From positions 32,001-96,000 of the IMG/VR virus record IMGVR_UViG_3300020392_000008: a stretch of 64,000 nt of DNA. One strand, 5' to 3'. This document shows, piece by piece, positions 32,686 through 42,654 of this stretch (position 1 is the first letter of the stretch; every line of letters begins with the position of its first letter). The stretch comes from a virus. The position numbers were made by a program, and so were the translations under genes. A model generated the notes under the pieces. The model made no database searches. It was not told the origin of the DNA and worked only from the letters and a program-made list of their open reading frames with translations.

Positions 32686-32708
32686 AACAAAAAAATAAAA
32701 AAAAAATT

Positions 32709-33374
32709 ATGCCTGCATTTGATGAACTAAATAAAAAAATCAATAATAGAATTCAAGAAATATCAATAAAAATACATAAGAAAAAATACACTAAAAAAGA
32801 ATATGAAGAAATAGCAGAACTAGTATATCCAAAATTAAAATATCATATTTGGAAGTTTTGTAAAAACGATTTAGACACCGAAGAAGCCCTTCACTTTACC
32901 CTAGTTAAAATATTTAATAATATAGAAAAATATAACCCAGAATCAGGTAGATTTACTACTTGGGCATTTACAATAGCTAGAAATGAAACTTTGTATTATT
33001 TAGATAGAAAATATAAAGATATTCCTAAATACATAGAAATATCTGCTTTATATGAAGATAGTAAATATAATGATCAGCTTTCTGCGGATCAAATTTCTAG
33101 TAATCATAATGAAGTAACTGAAATATTTAATAAAACTATTAATGAAATATTTAATTTAGAAGACGAACTTTTAAAAAACATAGCCATTGATAAAATGGTA
33201 AATAATACTAAAGTTAAAGAGATAGCAAAAAAATATAACATGCCTGAAAATACAGTCAAAACAAAACTTAGAAAAGCCAGGTTTGAAATACGAAAATCTG
33301 TTATCAGGAAAGACCCAGATGTAAATAAAAAATTATCAGACTCGTTACCTGATTTTAAAATAAAACAAAAATGA
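32709..33374 (+). CDS. RNA polymerase sigma factor, sigma70/ECF-like
   Basis: Region 2 DTEEAL...KIFNNIEKYNPESGRFTTWAFTIARN; region 4 HTH KEIAKKYNMPENTVKTKLRKAR. Confidence 0.92.
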   Translation: MPAFDELNKKINNRIQEISIKIHKKKYTKKEYEEIAELVYPKLKYHIWKFCKNDLDTEEALHFTLVKIFNNIEKYNPESGRFTTWAFTIARNETLYYLDRKYKDIPKYIEISALYEDSKYNDQLSADQISSNHNEVTEIFNKTINEIFNLEDELLKNIAIDKMVNNTKVKEIAKKYNMPENTVKTKLRKARFEIRKSVIRKDPDVNKKLSDSLPDFKIKQK

Positions 33375-33889
33375 AAAAAATACTTAATTATTTTAATCCT
33401 TTTAATATCATACTTAGGTTTTACCTCATGACAAAGGAGTTAATATTTTTTATTTCCTATGTACGAGGTGTTAGAAAAATTGAATTAGAATTAGAAAGTA
33501 GAAATATATTTAAATATTCATGGTTTTCATACGTAAAGGCGGTTAATTTAAAAGCAGAAACATTATCCTTAATGAATAAACCAGAGGCTGAATTAGATAA
33601 AGATGAAAAAAAGGAACTGGAAAAATTAGAACTAAGTTTCGTAAGTAGAGAAATATCAAAGTATAATGATATCTTTTTAAAAAACAGTTTAATAGAGCTT
33701 ATAAAAACTAAAGCAGAAAGGGTTAAAAATTCAGATTTTTATGGATACATGGTTATAATATCCTTTAATTGGAAAGAGGCTTCTCTTTATAACTTCTTAA
33801 GAACTCTACTTCACTTTTTTATATTACTAGTGTTTTTTACCATATTACCCTATGATGCTATTTATAATTATATTACCTCTTTTTTCTAA
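33371..33889 (+). CDS. hypothetical membrane protein
   Basis: C-terminal hydrophobic helix; ATGA overlap with the sigma gene. Confidence 0.6.
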   Translation: MKKILNYFNPFNIILRFYLMTKELIFFISYVRGVRKIELELESRNIFKYSWFSYVKAVNLKAETLSLMNKPEAELDKDEKKELEKLELSFVSREISKYNDIFLKNSLIELIKTKAERVKNSDFYGYMVIISFNWKEASLYNFLRTLLHFFILLVFFTILPYDAIYNYITSFF

Positions 33890-33913
33890 TAAATAAAAAA
33901 AAATATTAAATAT

Positions 33914-34237
33914 ATGAAAATTAAAGAGATAGTATCAAAATGGTCTTGGCAAATCATATCAATATTATTTGTTTTATTATATTTCGGTAAAGGATGTACC
34001 CATAAAAAAGTTAGTAAAATAGATAAAAAACTAGAAGAAAAAACAATTATTCTTTCAAATTCTATAGATTCTCTTTCTATGGAATTAAATAAACTTAAAG
34101 AATCTACTGCTAATAAGAAAGAAGTAACTGATATTATGGAAAAAGTAATGTTAGAATACTTGATATATGAAGATGATTTAGATAAAGGAAAAACAAGCCT
34201 ATCCCAAATAAAAAATAAGATAGAAGAAAATGATTAA
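33914..34237 (+). CDS. membrane-anchored coiled-coil protein (possible lipoprotein)
   Basis: N-terminal hydrophobic helix ending FGKGC, then coiled coil. Confidence 0.55.
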   Translation: MKIKEIVSKWSWQIISILFVLLYFGKGCTHKKVSKIDKKLEEKTIILSNSIDSLSMELNKLKESTANKKEVTDIMEKVMLEYLIYEDDLDKGKTSLSQIKNKIEEND

Positions 34238-34928
34238 ATGGATAAAAAATAATAGAAATACTATTATTAGAAATTCATTTTTATTACCCATTCTTTTAGT
34301 AGTTATTATGTCAATTAGCCATGTGGTTAGTTGGTATGATATAGGTAACCCTCTTTCATGGGCAATATATTTGTCTGTTGCTGTTGAGATATTCGCGTTA
34401 GCTTCTGTTTCTGCAGCAACTATAAAAATGAGTAAAGGTAGTATATGGTTTTTATTCATTCTTGTTACTTTAATTCAATTAATAGGTAATGTTTTTTACG
34501 AATATAAGGAAATATCATTAACCGATTTAGGTTTTATATCTTGGGTTGAATTAGTTACACCATGGTTTGATGACTGGACGATATTAGATCATAAAAGATT
34601 CTTGGCCCTTATACAGGGTGGAACCCTTCCAATTATGTCATTAACTTCTTTACATTTTTACATACAATTTAATGATAACCTTGAAGATCATACTACAGTT
34701 ATAGAAAATAAAAATGATGATACTGAGTATCAAACACAATTAGACGACAAAGTAGAAGAATTTAAAACAGAAGAAATAGTTACTAAAAAATATAAAAAAG
34801 AAAGTGATACTATTCTAGATTCAACTAATCCCAATGATCCAAAAAGATATATAAAAAAAACGGACACTGATTACAGGGCCTCTAAAGGTATAAAAAGTGG
34901 ACGTCCTCAAAAAAATTGGGGAAAATAA
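34230..34928 (+). CDS. four-TM membrane protein
   Basis: Four hydrophobic segments followed by a charged tail. Confidence 0.65.
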   Translation: MIKWIKNNRNTIIRNSFLLPILLVVIMSISHVVSWYDIGNPLSWAIYLSVAVEIFALASVSAATIKMSKGSIWFLFILVTLIQLIGNVFYEYKEISLTDLGFISWVELVTPWFDDWTILDHKRFLALIQGGTLPIMSLTSLHFYIQFNDNLEDHTTVIENKNDDTEYQTQLDDKVEEFKTEEIVTKKYKKESDTILDSTNPNDPKRYIKKTDTDYRASKGIKSGRPQKNWGK

Positions 34929-34939
34929 ATTTATAACTA

Positions 34940-35509
34940 ATGGGTAATTGTAAAGGAGGATGTGTTAATAATCTTTGTGCATGTACTACTGTAGCCAGTA
35001 AACCTTTGCTTGTAGCAGGCGATAAAGAGTTTACAATAGGCGATGGGGCAGATACTATTGGAAAATTTAACTTAAACGACTTTGCTTTTCCAGTTGATGG
35101 AAAACAGTGCATGGAATTAGAAATACCTAAATCTATTTCTGGTGCACAGTGGAAAACTCTAACAATATTTGACAACGAAATTGATATAAATTTTCAAGCG
35201 TCACCGGCCGAAACTATAGATCATAATATTTCTTATGTAAGAGGTATATTATTAAAAATAAAATATCAAGAAGAAGACGAAAACCTGGAAGAAGTTCCAT
35301 TAAAAGAAAAAAAATGTTATATAACTGTTATAAATTCTTTGAACGAAGAATGTACATATCCATTATATGACTTTTTTAGCATTTTTACAAACCCTGTAAC
35401 TGACGACCCTGCTGAGTTTATAAATAAAATAGTTATAAGCAACCCGAGTACTAAACATTCAATATATGTTGACGCACTAATATTGTATACAAAAACAAGT
35501 ACTTTATAA
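34940..35509 (+). CDS. hypothetical protein, Cys-rich N-terminus
   Basis: 189-aa ORF, MGNCKGGCVNNLCAC. Confidence 0.6.
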   Translation: MGNCKGGCVNNLCACTTVASKPLLVAGDKEFTIGDGADTIGKFNLNDFAFPVDGKQCMELEIPKSISGAQWKTLTIFDNEIDINFQASPAETIDHNISYVRGILLKIKYQEEDENLEEVPLKEKKCYITVINSLNEECTYPLYDFFSIFTNPVTDDPAEFINKIVISNPSTKHSIYVDALILYTKTSTL

Positions 35510-35526
35510 AAAATAATAATATTAAC

Positions 35527-35931
35527 ATGGTATCACCACAAAGCGCAACCGAATTAATTGAACTAAAACATTTTGATCTAGCCGGAGACGATTATATTCC
35601 AACGTGGATAAGTACATCTAAAAGAGGATCTAGTGCAACTATTGGATATTATCAAATTGGCTCAACTTCACAGCATGGATTAACCCATTCTCCTGTATAT
35701 AGAATGATTTTTGATAATATAGACAACGTAGCTGCTACCCATATAAAAATATGGGGAATAAGCAATGATGTAGATGCTGTTATATTTTCAGTAAGTTACT
35801 TAAGGGGAAAAACATTAGATGTCTTTTTAAATAAGTTTGAATTCACAAATGAATTTGGTGATTTAATGGATCCAGTAGAACCCTATACAATAATAGGCTG
35901 TAAGAAAAAATCAATGCCCGTAACATACTAA
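35527..35931 (+). CDS. hypothetical protein
   Basis: 134-aa ORF within the operon. Confidence 0.6.
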   Translation: MVSPQSATELIELKHFDLAGDDYIPTWISTSKRGSSATIGYYQIGSTSQHGLTHSPVYRMIFDNIDNVAATHIKIWGISNDVDAVIFSVSYLRGKTLDVFLNKFEFTNEFGDLMDPVEPYTIIGCKKKSMPVTY

Positions 35932-36428
35932 TGGAATTCATTTACGAAAATAACATAGTAATGACATATGCTCAACACAGTGATTTTACTAGGGGACTTC
36001 CTTTTTATGGTGAGAAAGGAGATTTTAACTTTGTCATGGGACGAAGTCAATTTACCCCAGGCATATCAATTAAAATACTTCCACTTAGTGACTTGTCTAG
36101 AAACGCAGACGTGGGTATAACTGAATTTCAACAATATGTAAATACTATTAACAATATGTTTAAACCCGGAGACAGAATAAGGGGAATAGAAATGAACTCA
36201 ATGTTAAACGAAGATGATGAAGAAGGAACACAAGTAGTAGGAAAATTTGATAAAATAAAAGTAGACTATGAAAATAAACAAATAAGAGCTTTTGTAAAAG
36301 ATCCATCTACTTTAAAATCTACTGAAGTATATCCTGGAACAATGGAAAGGCTTATGGAAAGCGCATCATACAAAAATAAAGATTCCTATTTAATACCTAA
36401 TTTTAATAAATTTATAGAAAAGCTATAA
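35931..36428 (+). CDS. hypothetical protein with SH3/KOW-like segment and C-terminal CTS-like tag
   Basis: FKPGDRIRG...VVGKFDKI; ends RLMES...YLIPNFNKFIEKL. Confidence 0.6.
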   Translation: MEFIYENNIVMTYAQHSDFTRGLPFYGEKGDFNFVMGRSQFTPGISIKILPLSDLSRNADVGITEFQQYVNTINNMFKPGDRIRGIEMNSMLNEDDEEGTQVVGKFDKIKVDYENKQIRAFVKDPSTLKSTEVYPGTMERLMESASYKNKDSYLIPNFNKFIEKL

Positions 36429-36439
36429 TATACTAGCAA

Positions 36440-36466
36440 AAACTTTATCTACCATCTTTGTATAAT
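36440..36466 (+). promoter_or_regulatory. AAAC-N17-TATAAT promoter
   Basis: AAAC 36440-36443, TATAAT 36461-36466, intergenic. Confidence 0.6.
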
Positions 36467-36501
36467 ATCTTTATAGATAATAAAAAAATCAAATTATACA
36501 T

Positions 36502-37485
36502 ATGGATAATAAAGATGATCTAGCTAAAGAAGCCCTAGGTGAACTTGAAGCCAGTAGTCAATTAGAATACGATAAATCTGAAAAAGAAAAACCAAAAAAA
36601 GTAACCAGCTTAGGAAAAGCTTCAATATCTTCCACCGTTGATACAATGGCAAATGAATCAGGTTGGAAATTAGTAGCTTTAAATAATCTTCCTTCTCAAG
36701 GTTTTTTCTATGATAGAAATATTGAAATACTAATAAAGTCTGCTAAAACTAAAGAAATAAGACATTGGTCTACTATAGATGAACACGACCCTATAGATGT
36801 TTCTGATAAAATAGCATTTGTAACAGATTCATGTAGTAAGTTAAATATAAAGGGAGAAATAAAAAATTTAAATTCTAATGATATATTAGAAATTGACAAA
36901 TATCAAACTTTATTTAAAATACATAGATTGACTTTTCCAAATAATGAAAATGTTTTAAAGGCAAATATTAAATGTTCAAATACCAAATGTGGACATGTTA
37001 ATTCTATACCGGTAAGTGATACTAATTTACAAGGATTTCAAATTCCAGAAGAAATGATAGAATTTTACTCAGAAGAAGAAAGATGCTTTATTATAAATTC
37101 TGAAAAATTAGGAGAAACTATAAAATTGTACATGCCAACTATAGGATCAACTAAGCTTATTAATGAATATAAAAAATTATGTAAAAGAAGAGGGTATAAT
37201 GAAGATAAATCAATAGATAATATTTTGCCTTATCTTATACCTAGTTGGAAAAACACTGAAGTTTCTGAATTGTTTAGTATTAGAAACCAGAGTAATAACT
37301 GGTCTCAAAATAAATTTATTTTTTTACACAAAGCTACTGAACTATTATCTCTTAATTCCAAAAATAAAGTACTTGGAATTTGTGAAAAATGCAGTAATAA
37401 AATGGCCTCTTCTATTTTTTTGGGAGGAAGCTTCACAGCAAAAGATATTTTCATTGTTTCAACTAGACTTAGAGACCTTGTTTGA
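36502..37485 (+). CDS. baseplate hub assembly protein, T4 gp26-like
   Basis: LPSQGFFY, DKYQTLFKIHRLT, Zn-type CSNTKC and CEKC, IKLYMPTIG. Confidence 0.7.
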   Translation: MDNKDDLAKEALGELEASSQLEYDKSEKEKPKKVTSLGKASISSTVDTMANESGWKLVALNNLPSQGFFYDRNIEILIKSAKTKEIRHWSTIDEHDPIDVSDKIAFVTDSCSKLNIKGEIKNLNSNDILEIDKYQTLFKIHRLTFPNNENVLKANIKCSNTKCGHVNSIPVSDTNLQGFQIPEEMIEFYSEEERCFIINSEKLGETIKLYMPTIGSTKLINEYKKLCKRRGYNEDKSIDNILPYLIPSWKNTEVSELFSIRNQSNNWSQNKFIFLHKATELLSLNSKNKVLGICEKCSNKMASSIFLGGSFTAKDIFIVSTRLRDLV

Positions 37486-37693
37486 TATAAATATGGAATT
37501 AGCTGTGAAGCTTAATCAAAGCTTAGATACACTATACGACTTAGATTTTTTAGAATATTCAATGCTTGTTTCTTCTATTAAAAGAAAAATAAAAGAAAAA
37601 AATGAAAGCCAATCTTCTTCAGATGACGTATACTTTGATAACTCAAAACCAACTAAGTTAGGAATACCAGATAACTTAAAAATGGGTAGATAA
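37454..37693 (+). CDS. baseplate hub assembly chaperone, T4 gp51-like (start uncertain: TTG 37454, ATG 37492, or frameshift)
   Basis: LETLFDINMELAVKLNQSLDTLYDLDFLEYSMLV...IKEKN resembles gp51; overlaps the gp26-like end in the +1 frame. Confidence 0.6.
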   Translation: MFQLDLETLFDINMELAVKLNQSLDTLYDLDFLEYSMLVSSIKRKIKEKNESQSSSDDVYFDNSKPTKLGIPDNLKMGR

Positions 37694-37716
37694 ATAATAA
37701 AAACACTTGTCAGTTA

Positions 37717-39522
37717 ATGGCTTCTGAAAATTTAAACTCTTTTATAACCCTATATAAGGAAAAGGCTCAGTTATCCCTAGATAAAGCAACTAAAACGCTT
37801 GAAAAAAGACAGGGCCAACTTGAAACGTTTAACACGTTACGACCTCTTCTTTTAGAGGAAGCTAAATCGCTTGACTTTTTAGAAGACTTTGAAAGACTTT
37901 TTCCTGAGAATGGAGATAGTCCTTTTTTTTCACAATCTGATCTTAACGCATATGTTGGAATGCTAGAGTTAGTTGATGACTCAAAGCAATTAAAGGCTTT
38001 TTATAAAATATCAAGGGCCCCTAAAAGATTAGAAACTGCTAAGGAGTATTTAAAGTATGCTGAAGCCGATCTAGCCAGAGACCCGGAAGAATATCTAGGC
38101 AAACTCCATGGTGCGCTAATAGGAGAGCTTGCTAAATCAGCCAGTATGGGTGCTGGAAATATAGATTCATTAAAACAAAAAGTTTTCGAAGATCAGGATT
38201 CATATGAGGATATAATAGAATATGCGGCAGAAAATGTAGATGGCCCAAGAGGGGTTAAAACTAACCCTGCTACATATGCGGCCTTAAAAGAATTAGTAAA
38301 CAGTAGTTCTAACACGGAATCAGCGGATTCAGAAAACATAGAAACACAAGAGGTTTCTCCAATAAATGAAGAAGATTCAACCAATGATGTTGATTTAGAA
38401 AAAGAATCATCGGCTATAAACGAAACTGAAGAAGAAATTATATTAGAAGAAGATTCTAAAGAATTAGCTGAACCTATTGAAGAACCGGAAGTATCGCCTG
38501 AAACGGTTGTGGAAAGTTCAGGTTTAGATATTCCCGAAGAAAAAGAAGAGGTTTTACAGGAAATAGAAGAACCTATAAGTGAACCTTCTCCGGTAGAGTC
38601 TCCGCCTTCTATATCATCTGATTCCCCCGTTTTACAAGAAACAAATGACGATAAAGAATTAGAAAGTAAATCTATAAACGAGGTTCCTATTCAAAAAGCA
38701 GAAGAATTACCTTCTTTAGAAACAACTGAAGTTGTAAATAACATAACTAACATAGATAATATTTCAGAGGATAGTACTAATACGACTACTAATATAGAAG
38801 AAAATACAGGAGACATTAATACTAACACTATAAATGATATTAAAAAGCCTATTACTACATCTGGTGAAGGTACTATTTATCAGCAAGCCGCTGTTTCTGG
38901 GCCTAGTAGTTTTTTAAATAGTTTTTTACAAGACATAACAGGAATGTCTAACGAAGAAATGAATGCTATAACTAATATGGGTTCTTCGGTTGTAAACAAT
39001 ATGAGTAATGAATCTAATATTGAAAATATTAACACAACCGCCATGGAATCATCTATAGGAGACTCTATAAAAGAATCTAATATATCTAGTATAAATCAAG
39101 TGGAAAACATCACAGGTGGCATCTCTAGTGCAATGGATGAAACTAAAAGTTTAGTTAATAATAATATTTCAGAAAATTTTGAAAAAAATTCAAATTTTAG
39201 CTCGTTTGAAGAATCTTCTATAATTAAACCTGAACCTATTACAAAAGAAGATATTGGTTCAGTTGGTAAAGATATATCTAGTGAAATAACTTCTACTATG
39301 TCTTTATCTAGCGGCGATAATGAGCCCACTTCTTCATCTAATAATTCTATAATGGAAAATTCAACAGCTAGTTCTACTCAACCAGCTATGAATAAAGCTA
39401 GTGGTGAAGGAGATAACGTAATGATTGAAGAATCCAGTATAGATACTGCCACTTTAGAAAAAAGATTAAAGAACATAGAAATATTACTAATGGGTCCTTT
39501 AGAAGTTAAAATAAAAAATTAA
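37717..39522 (+). CDS. acidic low-complexity protein in the position of the hub/tape-measure-like gene
   Basis: Glu/Ser/Asn-rich, follows gp26/gp51-like genes, preceded by GATAAATA. Confidence 0.5.
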   Translation: MASENLNSFITLYKEKAQLSLDKATKTLEKRQGQLETFNTLRPLLLEEAKSLDFLEDFERLFPENGDSPFFSQSDLNAYVGMLELVDDSKQLKAFYKISRAPKRLETAKEYLKYAEADLARDPEEYLGKLHGALIGELAKSASMGAGNIDSLKQKVFEDQDSYEDIIEYAAENVDGPRGVKTNPATYAALKELVNSSSNTESADSENIETQEVSPINEEDSTNDVDLEKESSAINETEEEIILEEDSKELAEPIEEPEVSPETVVESSGLDIPEEKEEVLQEIEEPISEPSPVESPPSISSDSPVLQETNDDKELESKSINEVPIQKAEELPSLETTEVVNNITNIDNISEDSTNTTTNIEENTGDINTNTINDIKKPITTSGEGTIYQQAAVSGPSSFLNSFLQDITGMSNEEMNAITNMGSSVVNNMSNESNIENINTTAMESSIGDSIKESNISSINQVENITGGISSAMDETKSLVNNNISENFEKNSNFSSFEESSIIKPEPITKEDIGSVGKDISSEITSTMSLSSGDNEPTSSSNNSIMENSTASSTQPAMNKASGEGDNVMIEESSIDTATLEKRLKNIEILLMGPLEVKIKN

Positions 39523-39523
39523 T

Positions 39524-39739
39524 ATGAATAATTTAAAAAGTGAATTAAACACGATCGTAAAAGAATATTCAAGGCTACATGAAAATTTAAATACTCTTGA
39601 AAAACAAATATCTCAACAGATGTCTACATATAATGACTTAAAAATTAAACTGGACTCACTTAGAGCTAGAGAAAAAGAAATAATAAATAATATAGAAAAA
39701 GAGACAGGTAAAAAGGTAAATATAATGGACTATTTATGA
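39524..39739 (+). CDS. small coiled-coil protein
   Basis: Heptad pattern, 71 aa. Confidence 0.6.
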   Translation: MNNLKSELNTIVKEYSRLHENLNTLEKQISQQMSTYNDLKIKLDSLRAREKEIINNIEKETGKKVNIMDYL

Positions 39740-40575
39740 TTAATATAATGAACATATTAGGTAATATTTTAAAGTTTATAACCGATCCTAAAAATACTAG
39801 AATGCTTTTATTTGCTTTAATAGTTGGATTATTTCTATTACTACTTAGGCAATGTGGAAAAACTAAGGAAGCAAAGCAGGAGGTTATTAAAACACAAGAA
39901 CAAGTTCTTAGAGTTAAGAATAATTATGAAGCTTCTCAAGATTCTATAATTACGTATAGGTTAGACAATGAAACAATGAGAACAGAAAAAAAAGGATTTG
40001 AATTAACAATAGACGAACTAAAAAACGAGTATCAAGATTTATTAGGTAAACTTAAATTAGAAAAAAGTAAACCTCCAAAGGTAGTTATTAAAACAGAATA
40101 TTTAATAAAGGAAGTTATTACAGAAGTCCCTATATATGTTACTTCAGATAGTTCTGGTAGTAATATAACTTTTTTAGATAGTATATCTCATAATGAAAAT
40201 AATTACAGGGTTCTTTCGGGTAACATTCCATTTAAAATTGATACTCTAAACGATAGCACTGTAATAAAACCAGACAAGGGAACCTTTATGTTAGATTTAG
40301 GCATGAGCCTTGATTTAGCATTACTTAAAGATAAAGAAACTAAAAAGATAAATATAATAGTAGATACAGATTATCCCGGTGTAAAGTTTACTAAAATAAA
40401 TGGAGCTAGCATACTGGATAACCCTGCAAATAAAAAAACATTAAGACAACTTAGAAAAAATTGGAGCTTAGGATTTCAAGTAGGATATGGATTAAACGTA
40501 AATAACAATGGTATTTTTAGTTCACCATATTTTGGACTAGGATTAAATTATTCACCAAAGTTTTTACAGTGGTAA
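39736..40575 (+). CDS. membrane-anchored protein, putative spanin-like
   Basis: N-terminal TM ending LLLRQC, coiled coil, C-terminal amphipathic beta-hairpin WSLGFQVGYG...PYFGLGLNY. Confidence 0.5.
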   Translation: MINIMNILGNILKFITDPKNTRMLLFALIVGLFLLLLRQCGKTKEAKQEVIKTQEQVLRVKNNYEASQDSIITYRLDNETMRTEKKGFELTIDELKNEYQDLLGKLKLEKSKPPKVVIKTEYLIKEVITEVPIYVTSDSSGSNITFLDSISHNENNYRVLSGNIPFKIDTLNDSTVIKPDKGTFMLDLGMSLDLALLKDKETKKINIIVDTDYPGVKFTKINGASILDNPANKKTLRQLRKNWSLGFQVGYGLNVNNNGIFSSPYFGLGLNYSPKFLQW

Positions 40576-40590
40576 AAAAATATACATTAA

Positions 40591-42588
40591 ATGAGAGAAA
40601 GTAGATTCGTAAACTTAACTAGATATTGTATAGTAGAATATATGCTAGAAGACTTAGGGTCCTTAGACTATATTAATGATTCTTTTAAATTACTTCAAAA
40701 TGATCATATAGATTCTCATCAAATATTTAATAATGATGGATCTTTTATAAAAACTAGAAATATACAAGATATAACAGTAACCTCAATTGAAGGAAACAAA
40801 TATGCTTATTTAGATAGTGAGAAAATACCCAACTATATAGATTATGATAATAAAATAACTGAAACGACTATATCTGGACATAACGTTACACTTGATAAAG
40901 TTAGATTTCATTTTATTGCGGGTTTTGAATTTGAAGAATTTAGAGCTTTAGTGTTAAGTGTAAAAAATATAGAAAATAATCAAAAAACAAACATATTTGC
41001 TAATATTCTTTTTAATCAGGACACTCAATCAACCATTTTAGCTTTTAATCCTAAACCTTTATATATTGCTAACGCAATGTACGATAGATATGTAGACGTA
41101 TATGTTCCTTCAATAAAAAATATAAATGAAGAGTTAAATACTTCACCAACTCCAGCAAATACGTTTGCTGCTGATATTACACCCGATAATGGTTCATATA
41201 CAGGATTTATAACAAACAAACCTATTATTGTTTCGTTAGATGAATGTGAAAAACAAGAAAAAATAGATACAAACATTGGAGTAGAATACGATGCCTTTTT
41301 AATATCAGAACATTATGAAGCAGTTGTTTCTCAAAGTAATGAGTTTGATTCAGTTGGCGCATATATAGATGAATCAAGTCAAGGGGATTTTTTAGAATTT
41401 TTTTTAACTTTCAATGGCGGTTTCCCAGAAGAATTAATTTCTATACTTAATAAAAGAAACCCTATGAATAACTACGTAATAGCCCATGAATTAACCGTAT
41501 TTGAACAAATAGGTACCGCTTTTGTGGAAAGTTCTAGGCTTGTGTTTTTTCAAGATAAAGATTTTGATGAACCTAATCTTTTTAGACCCGTTCTTAAAAA
41601 TGCTAACGTTGCTGTAACAATGTCGGTTGATTATATAGTGCGTTTAGTAAACAGGTTTAATGGAGATCAAGTTATAAGAGAAGGATCTTTAATAGTAAAT
41701 TCACCAAAAAAATATGGTAAAAAGTTATTAAAATTAAGTCTAAAAGATAAGCCTCAGTCTCAAAATATTATAAATAAAATTTACAAAAATGATTTTGAAG
41801 CAACTGAACTCTTTATAGACCCGGCTCAAAAGGTTACTAAATCTATTGGAAGTATAGTTACTTCAACTTCAAACAGTGCTCCCTCAGTTCAATATGTTCC
41901 AATATTTTTCACTAAATCGAATATTTCTGTTTCAAATAAAAGTGCTACTGTCAAAAGCAGTGATAATAAAGACGAAGTAGTGTTTAAAAATGGTAATCTT
42001 AGATTTGTAATATCCCCATTTGATAACTACTTAAAATTTAAATTTTACACAGAAATAAAGAATAAAACAGCTCCATTAGATTTAAATATAGGAGACGCAA
42101 CATATAGGGCAGTTTTTGAAACAGAAAATGGTAAAATAAAAATAGATAATTTAAATGATCAATCTAAAGAAAATCCATCTGTTGGAGAGATATCTTTTAA
42201 TATACCCACCAAAGATAGTGAGCAAATACTGCAATCAGGTAATAGATCTTTTTATATAACATCTGTTGCACAAGACGGAACTGAAACTTTAATGTATAAT
42301 GGTGAATGGAGAAAAACATCTGAACAAAACGAAGTAGATGATGCAATAGCTAAAGCAAGGGAAGAATCTGAAGCAATTAACAAAACAACAACTAAAGTAA
42401 ATGAAATCTTAGAAAAATATAAAAAAGTTGAAGAAGACGCTATAAGAAAAAAACCCGCTATTTTACCTAATAAATCAAAAATACCCGGATATGTAGATAA
42501 AAAATCTAGAAAATCTATTTCAACAGTTAATAGATTTGGTATGAAAAGGCCTACTAAGATAATAACAAATAGGGGTAATGCTAAATAA
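40591..42588 (+). CDS. hypothetical protein, probable virion component
   Basis: 665-aa ORF, beta-rich, basic C-terminus. Confidence 0.6.
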   Translation: MRESRFVNLTRYCIVEYMLEDLGSLDYINDSFKLLQNDHIDSHQIFNNDGSFIKTRNIQDITVTSIEGNKYAYLDSEKIPNYIDYDNKITETTISGHNVTLDKVRFHFIAGFEFEEFRALVLSVKNIENNQKTNIFANILFNQDTQSTILAFNPKPLYIANAMYDRYVDVYVPSIKNINEELNTSPTPANTFAADITPDNGSYTGFITNKPIIVSLDECEKQEKIDTNIGVEYDAFLISEHYEAVVSQSNEFDSVGAYIDESSQGDFLEFFLTFNGGFPEELISILNKRNPMNNYVIAHELTVFEQIGTAFVESSRLVFFQDKDFDEPNLFRPVLKNANVAVTMSVDYIVRLVNRFNGDQVIREGSLIVNSPKKYGKKLLKLSLKDKPQSQNIINKIYKNDFEATELFIDPAQKVTKSIGSIVTSTSNSAPSVQYVPIFFTKSNISVSNKSATVKSSDNKDEVVFKNGNLRFVISPFDNYLKFKFYTEIKNKTAPLDLNIGDATYRAVFETENGKIKIDNLNDQSKENPSVGEISFNIPTKDSEQILQSGNRSFYITSVAQDGTETLMYNGEWRKTSEQNEVDDAIAKAREESEAINKTTTKVNEILEKYKKVEEDAIRKKPAILPNKSKIPGYVDKKSRKSISTVNRFGMKRPTKIITNRGNAK

Positions 42589-42654
42589 TACTATAGATTT
42601 ATAGAATTTAAATAAATAATTTAAGATAAATAAAAAAAAATAATTATCTAATAG

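Noticed and set aside
37422-37427. GGGAGG as a Shine-Dalgarno for the gp51-like gene
   Set aside because: Too far from the candidate starts, explained by Gly-Gly codons, and other genes lack SD sites
37717-39522. Firm tape-measure call
   Set aside because: Position fits, but the sequence is acidic and disordered rather than Ala/Gly-rich helical; left as tentative
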